NCBI GenBank assembly: GCA_021817905.1
Contig: JAKAFM010000003.1
Span: 1-60,484 of the forward strand
From: a bacterium
GTDB lineage: Bacteria; Patescibacteriota; Microgenomatia; UBA12405
Length of the DNA stretch: 60,484 nucleotides
Reading direction: 5' to 3'
Below the pieces are notes generated by a model. The model was given only the letters and a program-made list of their open reading frames with translations. It was not told the DNA's origin and ran no database searches. The position numbers and the translations under genes are program-made. Below, one piece after another: positions 17,543-24,699 of this stretch. Positions within the stretch are counted from its first letter, which is position 1. Each line of letters opens with the position of its first letter.

Positions 17543-19444
17543 ATGTCATCAAACAAAATAATCGGTATTGATTTAGGAACAACCAACTCATGTGTTGCCG
17601 TTATGGAAGGCGGCAAACCAAAAATAATATTAACCTCAGAAGGTCGCAATCTCATTCCCTCCATTGTCGAGCCGGTAAAGAAGTTAGTTGGGGATCTTGC
17701 CAAACGTCAAATGGTTCTTAATCCCAAAAATTCTATTTATAGTGTAAAGCGATTAATGGGGCGCAGAATTGACGATCCCGAAGTCGAAAAAACCAAAAAA
17801 ATAGTTCCCTACAAGATTGTTGCCGGTAAAGACAAAATGGCCGCAGTTGAAATTGATGGAAAGGTTTATACTCCCCAGGAAATTTCCGCAATGATACTTC
17901 AAAAAGCTAAATCAGACGCCGAGAAATATTTGGGTGAAAAAGTTACCGAAGCTGTAATTACCGTCCCCGCCTATTTTGATGATTCTCAACGCCAGGCAAC
18001 AAAGCAGGCAGGCGAAATCGCTGGCCTCAATGTTCAACGTATAGTCAACGAACCAACCGCATCAGCTCTAGCCTATGGTCTCGATAAAAAGAAAAATGAA
18101 ATTATTGCCGTCTATGATTTAGGCGGAGGCACGTTTGATATCTCCATTCTCGAAATTGGTGATGGAGTTTTTGAAGTTAAAGCCACCAATGGTGACACCT
18201 TCTTAGGCGGTGACGATTTTGACCAAAGGATTATTAATTGGTTAATAGACACCTTTAAAAAAGAACATGGAGTTGACCTCACTACCGACCCCCAGGCATT
18301 ACAAAGAGTCCGTGAAGCCGCTGAAAAAGCCAAAATAGAACTATCATCAGTAGTTGAGTCAGAAATTAATTTGCCCTTTATTACCCAAAAAGATGGTCAA
18401 CCTCTTCACTTAACAGTAAAACTTACACGAAGTGAACTTGAGAAATTAGTTGATGACTTAATTCAAAAAACTATCAAGCCGTTGGAATTAGCTCTAAAAG
18501 ATGCTCATTTAACCAAATCCGATATTGCCGAAATTCTTATGGTCGGCGGAATGACTAGAATGCCTAAAGTCCAACAAGTAGTCAAAGATTTTTTCGGCAA
18601 AGAGTTGAACAATACAGTTAACCCCGACGAAGTTGTTGCCATTGGTGCTGCCGTTCAAGGTGCTGTATTGTCTGGAGAAGTCAAAGATGTTGTTTTGCTC
18701 GACGTTACACCACTAACGCTAGGCATCGAAACTGCTGGAGGAGTTAAGACACCGCTTATTGATCGCAACACTACCGTTCCTACTCGAAAATCGCAAGTTT
18801 TTTCAACCTATTCAGATAATCAGCCACAAGTTGAAATCAATGTTCTTCAAGGTGAGCGCCCGATGGCATCCGATAATAAATCACTAGGTCGGTTCGTTCT
18901 TGATGGTATTGCTCCAGCTCCAAGGGGAGTTCCTCAAATTGAAGTCATTTTTGACATCGACAGTAACGGTATCCTCAATGTTACCGCTAAAGACAAAGGC
19001 ACCAATAAGGAACAGAAAATTACGATCCAAAACGCGACCAATTTATCAGACGAAGAAGTCGAAAAAATGAAAGCTGACGCCGAACTCCATGCTCGTGAAG
19101 ACGAGGACCGCCACGCTTTTGCCGAAAGTCGCAACAAACTCGACACTACTATTTTTTCAGCCGAAAAAAGTCTCAAAGAATTTGCCGACAAAATTAAGGC
19201 AGATGATAAAGCTAAGATCGAAGACCAAGTCAAAAAAGCCAAAGCGTTACTTGAAAAAACCGATAGCAAAAAGGACGAATACGACAAGGCTACCGAAGAA
19301 CTTTCAGCCATCCTTCAAACTATCGGCGCAGCCATCTATCAACAGAAACCAGATCAAGCCGCCGACCAAGCTCCTGCCGATGAAAAAGAAACCAAAAAAA
19401 GTGGCAAAGAGCCTGACGTTGAAGAAGGTGATATCGTTAAATAA
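17543..19444 (+). CDS. dnaK: Chaperone DnaK (Hsp70)
   Basis: Contains [30 protein letters not shown] and other Hsp70 signatures. 633 aa. Confidence 0.98.
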   Translation: MSSNKIIGIDLGTTNSCVAVMEGGKPKIILTSEGRNLIPSIVEPVKKLVGDLAKRQMVLNPKNSIYSVKRLMGRRIDDPEVEKTKKIVPYKIVAGKDKMAAVEIDGKVYTPQEISAMILQKAKSDAEKYLGEKVTEAVITVPAYFDDSQRQATKQAGEIAGLNVQRIVNEPTASALAYGLDKKKNEIIAVYDLGGGTFDISILEIGDGVFEVKATNGDTFLGGDDFDQRIINWLIDTFKKEHGVDLTTDPQALQRVREAAEKAKIELSSVVESEINLPFITQKDGQPLHLTVKLTRSELEKLVDDLIQKTIKPLELALKDAHLTKSDIAEILMVGGMTRMPKVQQVVKDFFGKELNNTVNPDEVVAIGAAVQGAVLSGEVKDVVLLDVTPLTLGIETAGGVKTPLIDRNTTVPTRKSQVFSTYSDNQPQVEINVLQGERPMASDNKSLGRFVLDGIAPAPRGVPQIEVIFDIDSNGILNVTAKDKGTNKEQKITIQNATNLSDEEVEKMKADAELHAREDEDRHAFAESRNKLDTTIFSAEKSLKEFADKIKADDKAKIEDQVKKAKALLEKTDSKKDEYDKATEELSAILQTIGAAIYQQKPDQAADQAPADEKETKKSGKEPDVEEGDIVK

Positions 19445-19455
19445 TTATATTAATA

Positions 19456-19704
19456 ATGAAAGACATAAAATTTGAAATCAGCCAATTACGCCAAGAAAAT
19501 TTAAATAATTTAGTCCAAATATTAGTTATCGACGCTACCTGTATCTTAGTCTTTGCCACTGTTTCCAGTCTTCCATTTTTTAGCAATAATTTATATCAAT
19601 TTACACCCATTATCAGCGTGATTGGTATTTTATATACGATATTTTATTTAAATCGCAATTTCTTTCGTGGCAAAAAAATTAAAACTCTCGAGTCAGAATT
19701 ATGA
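19456..19704 (+). CDS. Hypothetical small membrane protein (82 aa) between dnaK and dnaJ
   Basis: ORF with 2 hydrophobic segments. Its TGA overlaps the dnaJ ATG (ATGA). Confidence 0.45.
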   Translation: MKDIKFEISQLRQENLNNLVQILVIDATCILVFATVSSLPFFSNNLYQFTPIISVIGILYTIFYLNRNFFRGKKIKTLESEL

Positions 19705-20573
19705 AACGCGACTTTTACGAAGTATTAGGCATCAAAAAAGGTTCCTCTAAAGAGGAAATTAAAAGCGCCTATCGTAAACTTGCTCTTCAATTTCACCCCG
19801 ACCGCAACAAGGAGGCCGGGGCAGAAGAAAAATTCAAAGAAATCAATGAGGCCTACGAGGTGTTAAGTAATGAGCAAAAGAAATCGGCCTACGACCAATA
19901 TGGTCACGCCGCGTTTGATCCAAATGCTGGTGGTGGATTTGGCGGCCACACCTATACTCGTCAAAATGGCCCCTTCTCTTATACTTGGAGTAGTGGTGGC
20001 GAACAGCAAAATCCTTTTGGCGATAGTTCAAATTTCGACTTTGGCGGGTTTAGCAATCCCTTTGATATTTTTGAGCAATTCTTTGGCAATCCTTATGGTT
20101 CTAGTCGTGAAGCCAAGATCCCTACCTATAAAATTGAAATATCATTTTTAGAGGCCGCCAATGGCGTAGAGAAAGAGGTTAATGTTAATGGCCACCGAAA
20201 AAAAGTTCATATTCCTGCCGGAGTCGATGATGGTCAAAGGATTCGTTTTTCCGAATTTATTCTCTATATTGATGTTCTACCGGATAAAATATTTAAACGG
20301 GAAGAAAATGATGTTTATGTTTCTGTTAACCTCAAAATATCCCAGGCGATTCTTGGTGATGAAATTAATGTCCCTACTTTAGATAACGAACCGCTTCGGA
20401 TTAAAATTAAGCCCGGAACTCAGCCAAATACCTTAGTTCGCCTTCGCGGAAAGGGAATTTCTAATGTTAATAATCCCCGGATTAAGGGTGATTTATACAT
20501 TAGACTACTCGTAGAAATCCCCACTCGTTTGTCGGGACACCAGAAAGACGTTATTAAAGACCTTGGTCTATAA
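19701..20573 (+). CDS. dnaJ: J-domain co-chaperone, type II (no zinc-finger domain)
   Basis: J domain with HPD (LQFHPDRNK), a Gly/Phe-rich region and C-terminal substrate-binding domains. The whole 290-aa protein contains no cysteine, so the CXXCXGXG repeats are absent. Confidence 0.85.
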   Translation: MKRDFYEVLGIKKGSSKEEIKSAYRKLALQFHPDRNKEAGAEEKFKEINEAYEVLSNEQKKSAYDQYGHAAFDPNAGGGFGGHTYTRQNGPFSYTWSSGGEQQNPFGDSSNFDFGGFSNPFDIFEQFFGNPYGSSREAKIPTYKIEISFLEAANGVEKEVNVNGHRKKVHIPAGVDDGQRIRFSEFILYIDVLPDKIFKREENDVYVSVNLKISQAILGDEINVPTLDNEPLRIKIKPGTQPNTLVRLRGKGISNVNNPRIKGDLYIRLLVEIPTRLSGHQKDVIKDLGL

Positions 20574-20849
20574 ATGCTTAAAAACAGTCTTGCTTTTGTT
20601 TTATTTTTTGGAGTTATTGGTATCTCCCTAGGAACTGCACTTTTTTCTCAAAAAAGTAATCCTCCAGTTGTTCCCCAAAATGGTATTTTTGATAGTTCAC
20701 TTCTCATTACTGACACCCCAACACCACTTCCTGCCCCCACTGATTCAATTCCCGTCAACACTCCAGTCCCAACCGATAACTCACCGACTTTTCCTCCACT
20801 CCCAACCGTTACCCCGATTTCGGCAACTCGTGCCGGAGAAGACGATTAA
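20574..20849 (+). CDS. Small membrane-anchored Pro/Thr-rich protein (91 aa)
   Basis: ATG directly abuts the dnaJ stop. N-terminal TM (LAFVLFFGVIGISLGTALF) is followed by TPTPLPAPTDSIPVNTPVPTDNSP. Confidence 0.5.
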   Translation: MLKNSLAFVLFFGVIGISLGTALFSQKSNPPVVPQNGIFDSSLLITDTPTPLPAPTDSIPVNTPVPTDNSPTFPPLPTVTPISATRAGEDD

Positions 20850-20851
20850 TC

Positions 20852-20860
20852 TGCTATAAT
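20852..20860 (+). promoter_or_regulatory. Extended -10 promoter element TGCTATAAT upstream of nusA
   Basis: The exact 9-mer is also present at 24232 and 41332. Confidence 0.45.
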
Positions 20861-20885
20861 ATCCTAGTTTATCTGTTAAATTACC

Positions 20886-20911
20886 AATGGGGGCCCCTGT
20901 CCCCATTTTTT
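20886..20911 (+). terminator. Terminator-like hairpin with T-tract, 6 nt before the nusA ATG
   Basis: AATGGGG-gcccctgt-CCCCATT (7-bp stem, 8-nt loop) followed by TTTT. Confidence 0.5.
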
Positions 20912-20916
20912 AACGT

Positions 20917-21909
20917 ATGGATTTAAAAAAGTTACCAAAAACAGAATTTGCCGCAGCAGTGGCACAAATAGCAGGAGAACGCAATATCGATGTTCAATCC
21001 ATCCTTGATTCCATTGAACTCGGTTTGATTTCCGCCTATAAACGTGATCAAAAAGAACGTGGCATCGAAATAGCTGAAGAAATTCAGTTTACGGTAGAAC
21101 TAGCTCCCGAAACTGGTGCCTTCAAGGTATACCAAGTTATCGAAAATGGTAAAAAAGTTGATGTCACCCCTCCCGGTTTTGGACGTATCGCCGCCCAAAC
21201 CGCCAAACAGGTCATTGATCAAAAAATATACGAAGCTGAAAAGGAAACAATTATTGCTGATTATCAACAAAAAATCGGTACCTTACTTAATGGCACGGTA
21301 TTACGCGTCGACCCTTATAAAATTACCGTAGGTATAGGAAAAACAGAAGGATTAATCCCCAAGGAAGAACAAATTCGCGGCGAAATGTTTAGCCTTGGTA
21401 TTAAAAAACTGTTTCTCTTAAAAGAAATTGTTACAAATGCTGAAACCACCCGGAAAGAAATCATTTTGTCACGTAAAGACAATGAATTCATTAAGCAGCT
21501 TTTTATTCGTGAAGTTCCGGAAGTAGCCAATCGCAGTGTCAAAATAGAAAAGATTGCCCGGGTTCCTGGTGAACGTACCAAGGTAGCTGTTTCCTCAACA
21601 CAATCTGGCGTCGATCCGGTCGGTTCCTGTATTGGTCAAAAAGGCTCGCGGATTCAGTCAATTCTAAATGAGTTGCCACCCGGAGAAAAAATCGACGTCG
21701 TCTTATTTTCCAAAAACAACGCATCATTTATAGTTCAGGCTTTGTCACCAGCACAAAACATTACCATTGATTCCATTAAAGATGGCATAGCTGTCGTTCT
21801 GGTCCCTGAAGATCAATTAGCCCTTGCCATTGGTGCCGGTGGCGAAAATGTTAAATTGGCAGGCTTACTTGTCGGTATGGAAATAAAAGTCCAACAAGCA
21901 GCTGTCTAA
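20917..21909 (+). CDS. nusA: Transcription termination/antitermination factor NusA (no C-terminal AR repeats)
   Basis: N-terminal domain, S1 domain (GTVLRVDPYKITVGIG) and KH domains (GSCIGQKGSRIQ; IGAGGENVKL). 330 aa. Confidence 0.95.
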   Translation: MDLKKLPKTEFAAAVAQIAGERNIDVQSILDSIELGLISAYKRDQKERGIEIAEEIQFTVELAPETGAFKVYQVIENGKKVDVTPPGFGRIAAQTAKQVIDQKIYEAEKETIIADYQQKIGTLLNGTVLRVDPYKITVGIGKTEGLIPKEEQIRGEMFSLGIKKLFLLKEIVTNAETTRKEIILSRKDNEFIKQLFIREVPEVANRSVKIEKIARVPGERTKVAVSSTQSGVDPVGSCIGQKGSRIQSILNELPPGEKIDVVLFSKNNASFIVQALSPAQNITIDSIKDGIAVVLVPEDQLALAIGAGGENVKLAGLLVGMEIKVQQAAV

Positions 21910-21921
21910 GGAAAGGTTCTT

Positions 21922-23361
21922 ATGTCAAATAGTAATTATCGTCCACCAATTGTCACAGTTATGGGTCATATCGATCATGGTAAAACTACCCTGCTGGATA
22001 AAATCAGATCAGCCAGCGTCGCTTCTCGAGAAGCCGGTGGAATTACCCAACACGTTTCCTCATATCAAGTAACTATCGATCGTGCTGGCACTAAAAAAAC
22101 CATTACTTTTATGGACACTCCGGGTCATGCTGCCTTCAGTGCCATGCGCTCCCGAGGGGCTCGTCTTACTGATATGGTGGTTTTAGTTATCGCCGCCACC
22201 GATGGGATTATGGCTCAGACCAAGGAAAGTATCGAACACATAAAATCTGCCGATCTACCGGTAATCGTCGCCATCAATAAAATGGATCTTGATACTGCTT
22301 CTCCTGAAAAAGTAAAAGGTCAATTGGTCGAAGTCGGGCTGACTCCTGAAGAATATGGTGGTCAGGTCGCTTGTGTGCCTGTTTCTGCTAAAACCGGTAA
22401 GGGGATAGATGATCTTCTGGATCGCATTCTTCTCCAGGCCGAAGTCATGGAATTAGTCGGCGAACCATCCGCAGAACTAGAAGCAGTTGTTGTTGAATCG
22501 AGACTCGACAAAAACCGCGGTCCCGTAGCCAATGTTATCGTCAAAAAGGGAACGCTTAAACAGGGCGATCAAATTTACGCCGAACAAATTACCGGCAAGG
22601 TTAAAGCCCTTATTGACTCAAACGGTAAAAATATTTCCGCCGCTTTGCCAAGCACCCCGGTCGAAATTCTCGGGTTTGAAGCCGTTCCTCAAGTCGGTTC
22701 CATTATTTCAACCCATCCAAATATACCCCAATTTACTGCTGCCCCGGCCCTCAAGATCGATCCAGCATCTCCTCGACTCAGAATAATCGTTAAAGCCGAT
22801 GTTAACGGTAGTCTTGAAGCCTTGCTAAGCAGTCTTTCTGATGATGTTGACGTTGTCAGTTCTGGCATAGGTCCGATATCAGATAATGATGTTTTTGTGG
22901 CTGCCGCATCCAAGACTCCTATCTATGCTTTCAACGTTAAAACCCCAAGTTCTGTTGTTAAAGTCGCCAATAATGAGAAAGTCAAAATAATCGAATCCAA
23001 AATAATCTACGAAATTCTTGAAGATATTGAAAAAAAGGTACTTAAATTACTTGAGCCAACCATCGATGAAGATATAATTGGGGAAGGCCGGATTAAAGCT
23101 GAATTTAAGATTAACGGCACCAGAATTGCCGGAGTTGAGGTCACCAAAGGCGAAATGGCCAAAGGCGATACAGTTCACTTAAAGCGGGACGATAAAATTG
23201 CCAAAGATACTAAAATTGATACTATTCACCAAGCCAAAATTACACTCGAGAAAATTAAAGCTACTGCTGAGTGTGGCATGACATTTAAACCCTACGTTGA
23301 CTTTAAATTGAATGATGTTATAATATCCTATAAGAAAAATGAAGAGCATAATTCGCTCTAA
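21922..23361 (+). CDS. infB: Translation initiation factor IF-2, N-terminally minimal (479 aa)
   Basis: Begins directly at the G domain (PPIVTVMGHIDHGKTTLLD, DTPGH, NKMD). SD-like AAGGAAAGG lies 5 nt upstream. Confidence 0.95.
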   Translation: MSNSNYRPPIVTVMGHIDHGKTTLLDKIRSASVASREAGGITQHVSSYQVTIDRAGTKKTITFMDTPGHAAFSAMRSRGARLTDMVVLVIAATDGIMAQTKESIEHIKSADLPVIVAINKMDLDTASPEKVKGQLVEVGLTPEEYGGQVACVPVSAKTGKGIDDLLDRILLQAEVMELVGEPSAELEAVVVESRLDKNRGPVANVIVKKGTLKQGDQIYAEQITGKVKALIDSNGKNISAALPSTPVEILGFEAVPQVGSIISTHPNIPQFTAAPALKIDPASPRLRIIVKADVNGSLEALLSSLSDDVDVVSSGIGPISDNDVFVAAASKTPIYAFNVKTPSSVVKVANNEKVKIIESKIIYEILEDIEKKVLKLLEPTIDEDIIGEGRIKAEFKINGTRIAGVEVTKGEMAKGDTVHLKRDDKIAKDTKIDTIHQAKITLEKIKATAECGMTFKPYVDFKLNDVIISYKKNEEHNSL

Positions 23362-23413
23362 TATCTTTCTTTCACAAAATACAAATTCTATTCATTTTGG
23401 AAGCAGGCCAAAT

Positions 23414-24226
23414 ATGAAAAACTATAATGTCGATAGTATCAAAAATCTATTAAGTACCGCTAAGACCGCAATGGTGGTTGTCCCTCAAATGTCCATCGAC
23501 GCTGCCGGTGCTGCCTTTTCATTGGCAATTGCTCTAAAAAAAGCCAATATTGACGCTACTGTCTATTCTCCTCAAAAAACCGATGCTAATTATTCAAAGT
23601 TAAGCGGTCTAGACCTTTTAACTGACAATTATGCCCAAAACGATCTGGTTGTCTCCTTAGATTACCCTCTCGATCAAATTGAAAAAGTTTCTTACAACGA
23701 CAATGGTGGACGTCTTAATTTAGTTGTCCAAACCAAAACCCAAGCTCCAAAGATTCTCGACAATCAGATAATCATCCAAGCACAAGGTAACGCAGCAGAT
23801 ATTTGCTTCATGCTAGGTGATGAGACTGCTCTTGGTTCAAATGCCTCCATGGTTAACCAGGGTAATTGGGTCTTTATCTCACCCACCAATGTCACTAAAA
23901 CCTGGGCCAAATCTAGTCTTGTCGATCCTGATGCTCCTTTTTCGGAAATTTTCACCTTCTTATTGCCTATGCTCGGCTTAGAACTTGATCAAGATTCCGG
24001 CAAGGATCTCTTAATTGGACTACGTGTAGCTACTCAATCATTCTCGGTTAATGTCAGCCCAGAAAGTTTTGAGGCTGGCGCTTTGTGTCTTCGAGCCACT
24101 CAAGCGGCTGAAGACGCCGTTCCCGCTGCAGAACAACCAACCCCCATCACCATGGTAGAGACTGCACCTCAAGCTAAATTCAACAGTCCTGGCACCAACA
24201 AGCCCAATCCCACACCCACAATGTAA
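23414..24226 (+). CDS. Hypothetical protein, possibly DHH/NrnA-like fold with degenerate catalytic motifs; Pro-rich C-terminus
   Basis: 270 aa from ATG 23414. AKTAMVVVPQMSIDAAGAAFSLAIALKKANIDATVY parallels the DHH motif-I region, but the His/Asp residues are replaced. This is a memory-based comparison only. Confidence 0.35.
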   Translation: MKNYNVDSIKNLLSTAKTAMVVVPQMSIDAAGAAFSLAIALKKANIDATVYSPQKTDANYSKLSGLDLLTDNYAQNDLVVSLDYPLDQIEKVSYNDNGGRLNLVVQTKTQAPKILDNQIIIQAQGNAADICFMLGDETALGSNASMVNQGNWVFISPTNVTKTWAKSSLVDPDAPFSEIFTFLLPMLGLELDQDSGKDLLIGLRVATQSFSVNVSPESFEAGALCLRATQAAEDAVPAAEQPTPITMVETAPQAKFNSPGTNKPNPTPTM

Positions 24227-24231
24227 TCGTG

Positions 24232-24240
24232 TGCTATAAT
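24232..24240 (+). promoter_or_regulatory. Extended -10 promoter element TGCTATAAT upstream of rpsO
   Basis: The exact 9-mer lies 71 nt before the rpsO ATG. Confidence 0.45.
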
Positions 24241-24311
24241 TCCCCTGACCCTCATTTGGCCTTTCGATCGCCACATCGAAACTTATAATTTGCTAAAGAC
24301 GGGCCGTATAC

Positions 24312-24581
24312 ATGGCATTAATCAAAGACGAAAAAGCAGAAATTATCAAAAAATTTTCCCAACAAAAAGGGGATACTGGTTCACCAGAGGTTCAAGTTGC
24401 TCTCCTTTCTAAAGAAATTGAAAAACTCCAAGGTCACCTAGAACTCAATAAACACGATGTTCCCGGAAAAAGAGGCTTGCTAGCCAAGCTTGCTAAACGA
24501 CGTCGTCTCGTTCGCTACCTCTCAGTCCACTCGACTGATCGCTATCAAAAACTCATTAAAGAGTTAAATCTTAAAAAATAA
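24312..24581 (+). CDS. rpsO: 30S ribosomal protein S15
   Basis: 89 aa. Contains ...GDTGSPEVQVALLSKEIEKLQGHL...HD..GKRGLLAKLAKRRRLVRYL, typical of S15. Confidence 0.97.
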   Translation: MALIKDEKAEIIKKFSQQKGDTGSPEVQVALLSKEIEKLQGHLELNKHDVPGKRGLLAKLAKRRRLVRYLSVHSTDRYQKLIKELNLKK

Positions 24582-24592
24582 GCCGGTTCATC

Positions 24593-24620
24593 ATCTCGAA
24601 TTTATTCGAGATTTTTGCTT
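24593..24620 (+). terminator. Rho-independent terminator / processing hairpin between rpsO and pnp
   Basis: ATCTCGAA-ttta-TTCGAGAT (perfect 8-bp stem) followed by TTTTGCTT. Confidence 0.7.
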
Positions 24621-24699
24621 ACAGAATTTTCAAATAAGTTCCGGATGATGTAATGCTAGTTTAAGAGTTTCTTCGATGGGTCTATTATTGTTTCACTAT

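Noticed and set aside
19089-19475. A 128-aa Lys-rich alternative-frame ORF over the dnaK 3' end that extends past the dnaK stop.
   Set aside because: It lies in the +1 frame of the charged DnaK C-terminal tail. Its composition (K/P/T/L) is what a frame-shifted reading of GAA/AAA-rich codons gives. It has no independent start signal.
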